A stretch of DNA of 64,000 nt from Octopus vulgaris (GCA_951406725.2 OX597817.1:35340001-35404000), one strand, 5' to 3'; numbered from the stretch's first letter, positions 1-13,816 are shown. Notes: generated by a model not told the origin, from the letters alone. Translations and numbers: made by a program.

Positions 1-614
1 TTAACAAAATGTTCTTATCTAAAATTTATGATTGGAGGTTATAATTTAAATACAAACACATGAAAGTGAAACATTTTGTAAAATATAACCAGATGCTGTT
101 TAAGGTAGATTGGTATCAAAAGTTTTCAATCTAATTAATTCCAATCATTTGAGATATGGGTCAGTTCTGTCTACAAACTTGACTGAATTGCTGTGTAAGT
201 GATTTAGCATTAATTGCACCTGGAATAAATTAAGCTTTTAGTGTAAACCTTTATTTCAAGTTATTACAGTTGTCACAGAAAGGCCATCTCATTGTTTTTA
301 GGGTTTTAGGTTATTCAGTATGACTAGATTAGATAAAAAACGTAAATCTACTTATAAACTAGCAGTAGTGCCAAATACACACATCACACACATGTAAAAT
401 TACATAACAAATATATAATATATAATATGATATGATATGGCATATCATATTATATCAGTCCACTCTGTGGAATGGTTGGTGTTAGGAAGGGCATCTAATC
501 ATAAAACCCCTGCCAAAACAGACACAATAGTCTGGGGTAGTCTTCTTGTCAACTGTCTAACTCATGCCTGCATGAAAAATGGACGTTAAGCGATGACGAT
601 GATGATGGCAATTC

Positions 615-835
615 TTTGTGTCTGAAGATCATGTGGAAGTGTAGCAAGCCCTTAAGTGACTATGTAAACCAATCCTTGAATGACATGCTCTGGTGCACTT
701 GGAGCAAATACGTAGGCTTTGGTCAGATGGGGGCCATGATAATGACTCTTTCCTTCTTTGGCATTTCTCGTCTGCCACAATTGCTCTGCACTTCTCAATG
801 TTGCTTGTAGCAGTCTGGATGCAATCTTGCAACAC
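615..835 (-). mobile_element. RTE/BovB-like LINE C-terminal fragment
   Basis: Translates CSKCTRACHSRIGLHSHLRAC, the terminal zinc finger of RTE-1/BovB ORFs. Confidence 0.7.
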
Positions 836-872
836 TCTGTGTTGTGACTCGCTTTCTCACCCTGTGAAAGAA

Positions 873-1238
873 CATCATCATCATCATCAACATCATCATC
901 ATCGTTTAACGTCCGTTTTCCGCGCTAGCACGGGTTGGACGGTTCGACCGGGGTCTGGGAAGCCAGGGGCTGCACCAGGCTCCAGTCTGATCTGACAGTG
1001 TTTCTACAGCTGGATGCCCTTCCTAACGCCAACCACTCCACGAGTGCAGTGGGTGCTTTTTACGTGCCACCTGCACAGGTGCCAGAGGGGTCTGGCATCG
1101 GCCACGATTGGTTGGTGCTTTTTATGTGCCACCGGCACAGAAGACAGTCGAGGCAGTGCTGGCATCGGCCACGTTCGGATGGTGCTTTTTATGTGCCACC
1201 GGCACAAAAGCCAGTCGAGGCGGGGCTGGCATCGGCCA
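873..1238 (-). mobile_element. RTE 3'UTR-derived short retrocopy with (CAT)n tail and 3 internal ~65-bp units
   Basis: Homologous to the reverse complement of the RTE tail 34030-34467, and nearly identical to 12640-13100. Confidence 0.8.
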
Positions 1239-2320
1239 AACAAAATTACTCACCCCCCCACACACACCACCACCACCACCACCACCACCACCATCAATAT
1301 TATCAGCAGCATCATTGTCGTCATCAAAATCATCATTTTATGTCTGCTTCCTGTATACACAGTAAAGGGGTTGGCTTTAAGAAAGCATCCACCCATAGAA
1401 AGCATGCCAAAGCAAACACTGGAGTATGATGCAGTCTTTTGATCCATTGAATCCCTTAATACTTCCCTGTGCATGCCAGTATGGAACATGGATGCTGTTG
1501 TTGATAATAATGATGATGGTGGAAGACTATATTGTCCAGTGTGATGTGATTTGTGAGAGATTTGGCTCCTGTTCCTAGCAAATTAAGAAATAACATAGTG
1601 GCTCTCTCATGACTCATATCTTGAACTGTCTTCCATCTGAAAAATGAGAAAATAATATTAAATTTTAACATGAGCATAACACCTCAAATTTTGAGGAATG
1701 GGTATAGTTGGTCACATCTACCCCAGTACTTGAATGGTATTTATTTTACTGACCCCACCAGAAGGATGAATTGTAAAGTTGACCCAACAGGATTTGAACT
1801 AAATTTGTAAATGGGTGTAACTAAATACCACAAGGTATTTACTGATTCCATTAATTTACTATCCTCAAATAAAGATGACAGTTATTATTCATTGCTTAAT
1901 GTTATTTTTTTTAATTATCACATTTCTTTTTTACTTACCTTTTAAATATGGCATGTGTGTTTTAAGGCTATTTTATTTGTTAAAGCAAATATGATTTGTA
2001 CCGAGTGTAAGATCTAAAATCAGGCCTCCATCAGCCATGGTTGACTTTGTGACTGGTTCTCTAAACATGAACCTAGGAAAGCATTACTTTGTAGCATTAC
2101 TATGCATACAAGTCTCGCCTACCCATGCCACTGATGTTTACCAATAGAGAGGCACAAGGCTGATTCAGCTTGTCACCAGTATCATCACAGGCACTTTGCT
2201 ATCAGAACACAAAGAGCTAGAATGGATATTGTAAAGCGTCTTGTCTGATGTTCTAACATTTCTTTTTAAGCCACTGAATTTGGAAGGCTGGAAGGCAAAG
2301 TTGATTTCAGTGGTATTTAA

Positions 2321-2522
2321 CCCTTTTGTTACCGAATTTACTTTGAGATACTCTGTGTTTCTTTCAATTAATTTTAAATGTAGCAAAGAATTTAGTAAAA
2401 TATCTTAGTTGTCATTAAGCTAGTGTTAGGACCATAAATTGCAACTAAGGTTTGATGGAAGATTTTAATTCAGAACTTTTGAAAACAAGACAGTTGTACT
2501 ACAGAACCAGAGCCAGTTTCAG
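2321..2522. mobile_element. Truncated piggyBac-type MITE (same family as 2659-2879)
   Basis: Begins TTAA-CCCTTT and aligns with the following copy. The right TIR is missing. Confidence 0.65.
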
Positions 2523-2658
2523 TGTGTAGAGAGTCAGAACAGATGCTACCAAATAATCTATCGAATGTTTAGATGACTCTGCCAATTTGCTTTAGTAATT
2601 TCTATAAATATTAAAATAAAAAAAAAGCAAGCAAACACTGAGGTATTCTGTACTTTAA

Positions 2659-2879
2659 CCCTTTCATTACTGTATTTTTTTTTTAGATGCTCTGTGTTTC
2701 TTTCAATTACTTTAAATATAACAAAGAATTTAGTAAAATAACTTAGTTATCATTCAGCTATTGTTAGGAACATAAATTGTGACTAAGGTTTGGTGGAAGA
2801 TTTTAATTCAAAACTTATGAAAACAAGACATTTGTACTCAGAGCCAGAACCGTTTTTAGCCGGGTTGGTAATGAAAGGG
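2659..2879. mobile_element. piggyBac-type MITE
   Basis: TTAA|CCCTTTCATTAC ... GTAATGAAAGGG|TTAA: perfect 12-bp TIR with TTAA target duplication. Confidence 0.85.
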
Positions 2880-3099
2880 TTAAAACTGATGATTAAGTAT
2901 GGGTTGAACATTGAACATATTTAGTGTAGACCTATTGTGATCCCACTTCTAGTGATCACCTCTTGTGATTGTCATTTTTCAGATGGACGACCGTTCAAGA
3001 TATGAGTCATGATTGCATAGTTTATCCAATATAAAGTATGGTCATACAAGAGGTATTATGGGATCACATCTAGGCTCACAGAGAAAGTAGATTTCATAA

Positions 3100-3730
3100 G
3101 TGGAAGATGCACGTGAGTACTTTGGGATAAGAATTCATGTGAAATAAAACCTCTCTGATACTCAGGAGGCTCACTAGACGTAGTTGATAAATAGCATTTG
3201 TTATTCAGATAACCTTATTGTTAGTGGAGTTGGATGTACTGGAGGCATAGTAAGAACTGGGTGGCAAAATTTCATGGAGCTGAGTAAAGGGTAGATTATA
3301 TGAGGCTTGCATATAAAGTGTGATACTGATGGTTGCAAGGTAGCAAGGTATGAGTCTTGAATGCAGAAGATTTGTGAAGACGAGAAAGAAATGAAGCAAG
3401 CATGCTTCACTGGATGTGTAATGTTAGTGTGTACAAATGACAAAGTATTACACGAGCTGAGAGAAAAACTGGATATAAGAGGAATCAGATGTAGTTTATA
3501 AAAGAGAAGGCTGTGCTGGTATTGGCATGGACATGTGATGCATATGGATGGATGATGGCAGGTATATAAAGAAGTTTTGAGTGGTCAGTAGCTATACTTG
3601 TGGAAGAAGGAGATTAAGGAAGATGTGGGACAAAGCAATGAAATTCAATCTGGAGCTGTCATAGCTTACAAAAGAAATGGCAAAGTGGTGATTAACAACA
3701 GATTGTACTTGGAAAGACTTGATTGCTTCT
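3100..3730 (+). mobile_element. Old degenerate RTE ORF 3' fragment
   Basis: Nucleotide similarity to 33300-33870, for example aatgaagcaagcatgcttcactggatgtgtaatgttagtg. Confidence 0.6.
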
Positions 3731-4589
3731 GTCTAGAGTGGTCTGGAGATATCTGGATGTCTCATCCATTCTGTATCCATCAAGTATCTATCTGCCCCCC
3801 TTCTCCTACCTGTTTGATATCCTCTCATCTTTCTATCACTCACCTTCTCTTCTATTCACTGTACCATGTTAGTCATGTAAAGAGGGATAACATTTAATCT
3901 CCTACCTCTCTCCTTCACCTCTTGAATATATAACAAGGTACCAAGAAAATGTGTTGAATCTGTTGGTATCAGATACATCCTCCATCACTCCTCTGAACTT
4001 CTAACCATCATTTTCCCTCCCTGTAGGTCACTTGTTAATGACAGCCATCACTCTTTCACACTTTTTCTAATGATTGCTCACCTCCAGAGGCTTTCTTTCT
4101 TATGAGCTGACATTATTCTTCTAGACTGGTAGTCACCACTCTTGCTCCTCTCAATCACTTGTTATTGACATCCATCACTTCCTCTTATCACTCGTCATTT
4201 ATACAACTATGTATCACCCTCTCTCTCTCTCTCTGTTAGTAGGAAACATACATCTGCAATAACTGTTTCTCTCCTATTGCCCTTTAATATTACAGCCTCT
4301 CTTATTACTCTCTACCATTACAATCTCTCTTCCATTAATCCTTATTGCATGTCTCTTCCATTTCCTCCTTTTCTACCACCTTGTGATCCCGCTCTCTTTG
4401 TTTCTTCCATCATACTCTTGCTTCTTTCATCTTCCCATCCTAGTTTATTTTTTGTCATTACCACTTTGATTCACCTTCTTGTTCAGCTTGTTCTGAGAAT
4501 GATTTAGTCTTACAGGTTACAAGGCAACCTCACTAGTGCTGGTGCCACAATAAAATACACTCTGTACACTCTGTAAAGTAGCTGGCAAT

Positions 4590-5032
4590 CATCCTTTCGG
4601 GTGTCAATAAATTAAATACTTGTTGCGTACTGGTGTCAATTAAATCGACTGGCCCCTCCCCCAAAATTTCAGGCCTTGTGCCTAGAGAAGAAAGGAGTAT
4701 TTAGTGTTTTATGTTTTGAGTTCAAATTCTGCTGAGGTCAACTTTGCCTTTCATCCTTTCAGGGTTGATAAATTAAGTACCAGTTGTGTACTGGGGTCAA
4801 TCAAATCGACTAGCCCTTGCCCCTAAAATGTCAGGCCTTGTGCCTAGAGTAGAAAGGAGTATTTAGTGTTTTATGTTTTGAGTTCAAATTCTGCTGAGGT
4901 CAACTTTGACTTTCATCCTTTCAGGGTTGATAAATTAAGTACCAGTTGTGTACTGGTGTCAATCAAATTGACTGGCCCCCCTCCCCCAAAATTTCAGGCC
5001 TTGTGCCTAGAGTAGAAAAGAGTATTTAGTGT
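4590..5032 (+). repeat. Tandem array of a SINE 3' half, 162-bp period, about 2.7 copies
   Basis: catccttt recurs at 4590, 4752 and 4914. The unit matches the gcctttcatcctttcggggtcgataaattaagtacc SINE family. Confidence 0.85.
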
Positions 5033-5468
5033 TTCAATTGTAGTTAATATTATTGCTTAATTACTTACATATATATTTTTGCAACTTTCACAAGTTATAT
5101 ATATTAATTTGTATATGTTGTCATGTATGTGATGATATCTGTACCCATGTAAAAGAATGCTGTCAATTGATAAAGCATTATCATATTAGTCAATCATATT
5201 TTCAGATAAAATCTATGTAGGTGAAAAATACGAACAACTTGAATGAGGAAGCCTTTATGTGATCACTCTATGCTAGAAATAGAAGCCAAATCTCTTTTAA
5301 ATCATACCACTGTACCTTTAAAAAAGACATATGAGATGATCATGGAAGGGATGCTTTTGCTTATAGCCTTGGTCAGGGCTGTCTTTGGATTAAGCAATAA
5401 CAGCAAATCTCAGCACTTCAGAATAATGTGAATTGCAAGAATTTATTATTTAGCTTGTAGTGATCACC

Positions 5469-5750
5469 TCATCATCATCATCATCATCGTTTTACGTCCG
5501 CTTTCCATGCTAGCATGGGTTGGACGATTTGACTGAGGACTGGCAAACCAGATGGCTGCACCAGGCTCCAATCTGAGCTGGCAGAGTTTCTACAGCTGGA
5601 TGCCCTTCCTAACGCCAACCATTCCAAGAGTGTAGTGGGTGCTTTTACATGCCACCGGGACAAGGGCCAGTCAGTTGGTACTGGCAATGGCCATGCTCAA
5701 GTGGTGTTTTTTATGTGCCACCTGCACAGGAGCCAGTCCAGCAGCACTGA
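5469..5750 (-). mobile_element. RTE 3'UTR-derived short retrocopy
   Basis: (CAT)n tail; close match to the reverse complement of 34190-34467 and to 16862-17160. Confidence 0.8.
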
Positions 5751-7119
5751 TTTATGGTATCCTTGTAGTTTGAACATAAATCCTCAAACTGATAGTTTGC
5801 TTTTGTCAACTGCCATCTAACACTAGACAGACTTGTATCAATAGATATAGCTTAATCATCGCATTTGCACCAGTCAACTTGTGCACCTACTTCATCAGCA
5901 GACATACATCTTCTGGTACAACAAACCATTAATCCATCTGGCTTTAGCAGACGTGCCTGTTATCATCTATTGCCCCAAATGGCAACATCATCCACTTTCT
6001 GATCAATCAACTAGTGCAATGAGTTAAGTATAATCTGTTGATAAAAATCTTACTTTATCAACAGACTACATCAGCAAATTCATAAGCAATCAGTGACTCA
6101 GTCCAATGCTTTATTAATAAATAATGCTGTTAAGAAGAGCTGATGTGGAAGAAAACTATTGTAGTGGAATTTCCTTGGAGGCAGAGCTTACCAACTGGTA
6201 TTAGTACCAGTGGTTGTCAGGTATGCAGCCCAACTCAGAGAAGCAGGGTTATGAGTTGCAGCCCAGAGATGTAGTACTTCAGAAAAGGTATTAGTAGTCA
6301 CAGTGATTTTGATTATTGTCAAAGTGGTAGTAGTTACAACAAACATAGCAGCAATGGACTGCAGTCATTCACAAGGATAGCAGAACAGCTGTGAAACCCT
6401 CAATTCAGATAAAGCTGTTACCAGTAACCCAGATGTTGCCATATTAAGTAGTGACCAGCTTAACAATCACAGCAATAACTTGTAGAGCTGTTGCTGGACT
6501 ATTTTGTACTCCCCTAACTACCATTTGCCAATAATTTAAATACTTGTCTTTACATAACAAACAGGATTTTTTATAATTGATGCTAAACCTTTCTGTTATA
6601 TGTCTACTTTCTTCCTCACACTGCACAGATGCACAATATAAAGACAGACATTCACTGATATTTCCATTTTTTACCCCTCCGCAAAAAAATCTCAAATTTT
6701 ATTTAATTTGATTTCCGCGGGAAGGAAAATTTCATTGAAGTCATGTATCGCCTGACCTTCAAAACGTGGAGTAGATGAAATTTAGGCGACTGAAGAAGGG
6801 GAATTTTCCTTGTTTGTATGTCCTGTACTCTATTTCCTTGGTTTTGTGTTTATGTTTTCGTTTCTCATTGTGTTTGATGTTTTTTGGTGTCCTGTACCCA
6901 TATATGCATGTATATATACATGCAGAGGTAGGTACGTACATATATGTATGTATATATGCATATGTTTTATTTATTTATTTATATATATATGACTGAACGC
7001 ACGCATCCATTTCTAAGTAAGATTGTTCTTAATATATATATATATATATTGGTATTGGTATTGGCATCCTTTCTGTCTCGGGAGACAATGGAGTTGCACA
7101 TTTTTTTTTTTTTTTTTTT

Positions 7120-7330
7120 TTAGAGGGGACAAACAAGGACAGACAGACAGACAGAGGGATAAAGTCGATTACATTGACTCCAGTGCATAACTGGTACCTA
7201 ATTTATTGACCCCGAAAGGATGAAAGGCAAAGTCGACCTCGGCGGAATTTTAACTCAGAAAGTAACGGTGGACGAAATACCACTAAGTATTTCACCTGGT
7301 GCGCTAACATTTCTGCCAGTTTGCTGCCCT
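7120..7330 (-). mobile_element. tRNA-derived SINE, family B
   Basis: Reverse complement of the copies at 8695 and 58420. Confidence 0.75.
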
Positions 7331-7468
7331 TGTATATATATGTATGATGATGATATACATATATATAGAGACACATACACATACACACACACAAACACAC
7401 ACACATTGGAATGAGTCAGAAAGTAATGCAGTTTTTATGTACATTGCTTTCTGATTCACCATTGTGTT

Positions 7469-7522
<54 letters not shown>

Positions 7523-7722
7523 CTATCTTCTATCTTTCACTTGTTTCAGTGATTAGACTGTGGCCATGCTGGGGCACCACCTTGATGAATTTTAGTCGAA
7601 TGAATTACCTTTTTTTTAAAGCCTGGCACTTATTCTATTGATTTTTTTCTCTTTTGCTGAACCACTAAGTTACCTGAACATAAACATACCAACACCACCA
7701 GGTGCCAAGCAGTGATGATGGA

Positions 7723-7788
<66 letters not shown>

Positions 7789-8048
7789 CACCTACACACT
7801 CAAGCATACACATGCACACACATACACACATGTGTATTATTACCATCTTCATTGTTTTGTTGTCTAATTTTCCATGCAAACATGGAGCACATGGAATTTG
7901 TCGAGGAAGATTTTCTGCAGCTGGATGCCATTTCTACTGCTAACCCTCACCTGTTTCTGAGTAAGATGATATTTCTTTTGATGGCTGGACATGTTCTCAC
8001 AGAAGACTGGAAATGAATAACGCTGCTTATATGGCAGTGACACAACTA

Positions 8049-8261
8049 CAAGGGGGTACTGAAAAGTTCCTGGCTTTAAGGGTATCACGAAAGGCTTGGT
8101 TGGAGGCCCAACCTTCTGAGTTCTTTTACAAGGCTTCGAAAAACGGAAGGATCACTGCAATAAGTGTGTGAATCTGAGAGGGGAATATGTTAAATGAAAT
8201 TATAATTAACTGATCCTCTTGTATTTTCTTTTACTCAAAGCCAGGAACTTTCAGTATCTTG
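8049..8261. mobile_element. mariner-type MITE
   Basis: TA|caagggggtactgaaaagttcctggcttt ... aaagccaggaactttcagta inverted ends; the right end is eroded. Confidence 0.65.
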
Positions 8262-8694
8262 TGATGTCAAGACAAGAGGCTTCAAACACTCTCTCTTTCA
8301 GTTTCTGTTTCTGTTTACCATAACTGCTCACAAGGCTTTGGTCAGCTCAAGTTATAGTAGAAGATGTTTATCCAAAGAATCACCCAGTGGGTCTGAATCA
8401 AAGCTATGTGCTTGGGAACTAAATTTCTTAACCAATCGCAACATAGGCCACACTTAGCCATTTTAATGGAATATCCTTTTTTGAAGATGTCTAATAATAC
8501 ATTGTTTAAATTGTTTGAAAATTTTAATGAACTAACAATATTGGAATTAACTCTCTTGTTCATCATGATTATCATCATTTAAAGTTTACTTTACATGCTT
8601 GCATGGGTGAAGCAAAATTTATTGAGGCAGCTAAGAGTTGACAACAAGAAGGGCTGCCAGTCATAGAAAATCTGCCTTGATAAACTTTCAATGC

Positions 8695-8925
8695 AGCGGC
8701 AAGCTGGCAAAACCGTTATCACGCTGGGCGAAATGCGTAGCCATATTTCGTCTGCTGTTACGTTCTGAGTTTAAATTCCGCCGAGGTCGACTTTGCCTTT
8801 CATCCTTTCGGGGTCGATAAATTAAGTACCAGTTACACACTGGGGTCGATGTAATTGACTTAATCTGTTTGTCTGTCCTTGTTTGTCCTCTCTATGTTTA
8901 GCCCCTTGTGGGTAATAAAGAAACA
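8695..8925 (+). mobile_element. tRNA-derived SINE, family B
   Basis: Pol III A box-like (agctggcaaaaccgtta) and B box-like (gagtttaaattcc) head; matches 48545 and 58420. Confidence 0.8.
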
Positions 8926-9789
8926 GATAAACTCTGTCAATGCATGCAAGCATAAGAAAATGGATGTGCTGCTGCTGCTGCTGCTGGGTTTCTGTCAGTT
9001 TCCGCTTAACAAAATTCACTCACAGGATTTTGATTGGCCCAGGGCTATTGTAGAAGACACTTGTGCAAATGTCATGTAGTGGGACTGAACCCGAGACCAT
9101 GAGGTTGGGAAGTGAGTTTCACAACCACACGGCCATTCCTACTCATTAAAAAAATTTTTTCAAATATCCTTAGAGGGATTTTTTGTCTTCTTGTTATTTG
9201 CATTATCTCAGCTGATAAAATTTTATCAACTTCCTATATTACATATGGGAGACCCTACCATAGTGTATCTCGAATGACATTATCTAATGTGCCCTTGCTT
9301 TTTTTGTAAAATAACAGGAATTTGTTATCTGAAAAGATTTTGGTTAGTATTTCTTGCAGTTAGAGCATCCACATAAAGCCCTTTTCATTCTTTTGCTCTT
9401 GTAGATATATGTTGACATCTCTGTATTGTTATTCTCTAAACATGATTATGTCATATATATATTTAGTTACTATATACTAAAGTATTTATCTCGTGATTTT
9501 TTTGTTTTGCTATAATTTGTTATTCTGTAGTTAGTTTTACAGTTACATTTCCCTATAAAACTGTAAACAAATCTGCTTAATACTTGTGCAATTTCTTCAG
9601 CATTTTAATTACTATTATTTTAGTAGTCCTAATTTACAGTACTTTCACTGCAGAACAAAGTGCAGCTCTACGACTAATGGGCACGTACACTATGTTCCTT
9701 CTGTGTTGAAATCTGTTGTATCAATTGAAAGTAGTCTATGTAATATATATTGTGGTGTAAGTAGAGCTATATTTTATTGCTTTTGTTGT

Positions 9790-10555
9790 TGTTGATGATG
9801 ATGATGATGATGATGTTATTTGATCTTCTTTAACCTGCAATTTTTTCTGTATATGGTATGAGTAAGTCTTTTATGTATTTGTCTGCCTCTTTTAGAATTA
9901 TTCCTAAAACACCTGTTATTATAAGGACTGTTTCTACTTTCAATCACATTCTGTTTATCTCAGTTTCAAGATCTTTATATTTGAAGTGTTTTTCCATTTT
10001 GTTTTGAGATGCATTATCATCTGTTAGGATTGATGCTTTGATCAAGAGATATTACCTTTCCTGTTGGCCTATGGCAACAATATCTGTCAGTTTGCCTTTA
10101 TCTCCTTGTTTCTATGAATTGAAATATGAGTATGGTCACTTTGTCATTCTGGCAAATCCTTGACTATAGTCATTTTGTCATTTACTATTATTGATATTTT
10201 ATGCATGTTGAGTATATGTAATTGTCTGCATCTTATTGAATCATTCCCAAAGCATTGAATATTATAGATATTGTTTCTGTTTTCACTTACCACATTTTGG
10301 TTATCTCCAGACCATTATATTTGGATAGTTTTCCCATTTTTAAAAAAAAAATATTTTCCATCGATTATAATTGATAAATCATTTGTGACAATAACATTTG
10401 GTTGATATGGCTTCATCCCAAGAGTATGGCCATTCTTGTCATTCTCTGATACCTTTTCTGCTGTGTATTTGTGCCGCCACTTTTTCTGTGAGTTTTTTTT
10501 GTAATGTACATCTTCTTGGGTTTACTTTTTCCACAGTTTCCTTCCACAATTAGAA
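9790..10555 (-). mobile_element. Degenerate RLE-endonuclease LINE (R4/Dong-like) 3' fragment
   Basis: Minus strand retains remnants of LLID.SIP.D.N..K..EK..KYKDLE and P.II...GI motifs. Confidence 0.55.
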
Positions 10556-10594
10556 ATCAATGTATGTATGTGTGTGTGTGTGTGTGTGTTCTGT

Positions 10595-11020
10595 TTTTAA
10601 TCATTTAAACTCTTCCTTTGAAGAAGGAGCTGGTTTCTTAAAAAGATACAAAGTTCCATCTTTGGAATGTAGAGGACGAAAACAATGTCACATTTTAAAC
10701 CTGAGAAAAGTCTTGCATAGTTCTGCTGTTTTGCTTACAGATTGTATTTGTAATGTGTCAATTAGTTGCTTGATTTCTTTTTCGGAAAATCCAAGTTTAT
10801 CCAGACTGACAGTTGGGCATAAGAAATTGAAAATTAATTGGGAGTCTTTCAGATGGTTTATTTTTAAAGGCTTAACCAGTTTCACAGATTTTTCTGATTT
10901 TCAGAAGTTAGATATGATAGAAAGACATGGAGTTAGGCTGCAGCTGTCTTGCTTCTGACTGGAGTTTGAAAATTCTCTTGTTTTCATGGAGAGAAGATGG
11001 CTCAATTTAATATCTGATAC
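10595..11020 (-). mobile_element. Degenerate RLE-type LINE C-terminal fragment
   Basis: LDKLGFSEKEIKQLIDTLQIQSVSKTAELCKTFLRF resembles RLE-LINE C-termini. Confidence 0.45.
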
Positions 11021-11281
11021 CTGTGACGGTGGTACGTAAAAGACATCATCCGAATGTGGCTGATGCCAGTACTGCCTTGACTGGCTCCTGTGTGCTGATG
11101 GCACGTAAAAAAGCACCCACTACACTCATGGAATGGTTGGCGTTCGGAAGGGCATCCAGCTGTAGAAACACTGCCAGATCAGACTGGAGCCTGGTGCAGC
11201 CTCCTGGTTTTCCACACTCCGGTTGAACCATCCAACCCATGCTAGCATGGAAAACGGACGTTAAATGATGATGATGATGAT
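11020..11281 (+). mobile_element. RTE 3'UTR-derived short retrocopy (a second, older copy lies at about 11530-11792)
   Basis: Matches 34250-34467 and ends in (GAT)n. Confidence 0.75.
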
Positions 11282-11755
11282 TGGCAAAGGATAGCTTAGA
11301 AATTTTTGTGTGTCTGCATTAATGCCATGTGACAATATGTTTTTCTGTAAGTTAAGGCTAATATAGTTGAGTAAAAATCTAATGACAGTTTCAAATAATC
11401 AAGTCTCTCTAAATTTAATGTCTTGTGGTAGAGTGAACAGGAGTTGTTTAAGTGTCGACACATCACTAGATACATTCACTCAACTGTGTCATCCTTAATT
11501 TACAGTGCAAAAAATATTGTCACATGAGAAGACCAGTCAAGCCAAGTGAGACTGTAGTTGTGGCCGATATTGGTGTTATGTAACTGGTGGTACATAAAAA
11601 GCACACACTACACTCTTGGGGTGATTGGCATTTGGAAGGGCATCCAGCCATAGAAACCGTGCCAAATCAGATTGGATCCTGGTGTAGCTCCTCAGATTAC
11701 CAGTTTTCAGTTAAACCATCCATTCCATGCCAGCATGGAAAACGGATGTTAAATG

Positions 11756-11792
<37 letters not shown>

Positions 11793-12117
11793 CATTAACT
11801 CACAGTGTGAAACTTACAAAAATTCCTGAGCCTAATCAGTTGACCATCCTCTGTTAATCAAATTGTATACTAAACAGACACTAATTTGAACCATGTTTGC
11901 GCCACAAAAACAAGAAAATTTTCAAGCTCCAGTCAGAAGCAAGACTATTGTGACATAGCCCCATGTCTTTTTACCTCACTTAACTTTTGGAAATCAGAAA
12001 AATCTTTGAAACCAGTTAAGCATTTAACCAGTTAAACCATCTCAACCAGTTAAGCATTTAACCAGTTAAACCATCTCAAAGACTCCCAGTGCATTTTCAA
12101 CTTCTTTATTCTATATA

Positions 12118-12286
12118 GGTGCAGGAGTGGCTGTGTGTAAGTAGCTTGCTTACCAACCACATGGTTCTGGGTTCAATCCACTGTGTGGCACCTTGGGCAA
12201 GTGTCTTCTACTATAGCCTTGGGCCAACCAAAGCCTTGTGAGTGGATTTGGTAGACGGAAACTGAAAGAAGCCCGTCGTATATATG

Positions 12287-12325
<39 letters not shown>

Positions 12326-12520
12326 CTGTGTTTGTACCCCCAACATCACTTAATAACTGATGCTGGTGTATTTACATCACTGTAACTTAGCGGTTCAGCA
12401 AAAGAGACTGATAGAATAAGTACTAGGCTTAAAAAGAATAAGTCCTGGGGTCGATTTGCTTGACTAAAGGTGACACTCCAGCATGGTTGCAGTCAAATGA
12501 CTGAAACAAGAGTAAAAGAG
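12118..12520 (+). mobile_element. Full-length tRNA-derived SINE, family A, with internal (TA)n(TG)n
   Basis: Head ggtgcaggagtggctgtgtg..ggttcaatcc, core ccttgggcaagtg, tail gactgaaacaagagtaaaag. Multiple copies in the window. Confidence 0.85.
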
Positions 12521-12639
12521 TATATTTCTGCCTGTGTGAATAAAATGACTTCCTCCCCCCTCTCTCTCTCCTTCTCCCCTCTCTCTCTCCTTCCCCCCCT
12601 CTCTCTCTCCTTCTCCCCTCTCTCTGCATGTATATATAT

Positions 12640-13100
12640 ATCATCATCATCATCATCGTTTAACGTCCGTTTTCCGCACTAGCACGGGTTGGATGGTTCG
12701 ACCGGGGTCTGGGAAACCAGGGGCTGCACCAGGCTTCAGTCTGATCTGGCAGAGTTTCTACAGCTGGATGCCCTTCCTAACGCCAACCACTCCGCGAATG
12801 TAGTGGGTGCTTTTTAAGTGCCACCTGCACAGGTGCCAGGGGAGTCCGGCATCGGCCATGATCGGCTGGTGCTTTTAACGTGCCACCGGCACAGAAGCCA
12901 GCCAAGGCGGCGCTGGCACCGGCCACGTTCGGATGGTGCTTTTTATGTGCCACCGGCACTGGAGCCAGTCGAGGCAGCACTGGCATTGGCCACGTTCGGA
13001 TGGTGCTTTTTATGTGCCACCGGCACAGAAGCCAGTCGAGGCGGCGCTGGCAACGGCCACGTTCGGATGGTGCTTTTTATGTGCCACCGGCACAGGTATC
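12640..13100 (-). mobile_element. RTE 3'UTR-derived retrocopy with 5 tandem ~65-bp units
   Basis: gtgccacc recurs at about 12818, 12880, 12947, 13013 and 13080; (CAT)n tail. Confidence 0.85.
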
Positions 13101-13816
13101 ACAACTACTATTTATATATATAGTCACCATCTAACCCATGCCAGCATGGAGAATGGATGTTAAATGATGATGATACATGTATATATACATATGTCTTTAT
13201 ATATGTATTTATATATGTATATGTATATGTGTGTATATATATATGTATATGTATGTATGTGTGAGTATGTTTGTGTTTCCTTCTCTTGATTTTGTGTAAT
13301 TATCATAAATGAATGTCATTTGTTAATAATATTCTGTAAAGACATATCTGACCATAGGGAAGTGTTATTTTGCTTAGAAATAAGTAAGGGTTGGTGAGAG
13401 GAAGGGCATCCAGCTGTAGAAAATCTGATTGACCCATGCAAACATGGGAAAGTGGATATTAAAACACTGAAGAAGACGTTAGATTTTGTAATCATTCTAG
13501 CAGCTGATACCTCTTTGTAGTCATGAACTATGTATAATCTGGTTCCTTCTTGTATTCATGGTCTATATAATCTTTCTCTGATTGGTTCTGGGTGGTGTAT
13601 TCTCAAAGAAGGCAATATTTTTCTTGCTTTGCTGTATAATCTTACTGTTATTTCATTTAACTTCTGGTTGAAAATATTGATTACTGTAGCTTATTGCTAG
13701 AACAATAGCTTGACAAACTACCACTACCACTACCACTGCTGCTGCTATCACCACTACCATTACCATTGCCACTACTATGTTTTTTCTTTGCATTTAGAGT
13801 CTCAAAGCTTTCCCTG

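Noticed and set aside
935-1442. Repeated-motif ORFs (GAFYVPPAQ...), also at 12818-13163
   Set aside because: They arise from the tandem units of the non-coding RTE 3'UTR and are open in several frames.
5780-6700. Coding exon or upstream exon of the transporter in a non-repetitive stretch
   Set aside because: No convincing open frame, splice-site pair or recognisable domain on either strand.
7412-7458. pre-miRNA-like hairpin
   Set aside because: Short imperfect 19-bp arms embedded in a microsatellite; more likely a collapsed mariner MITE.
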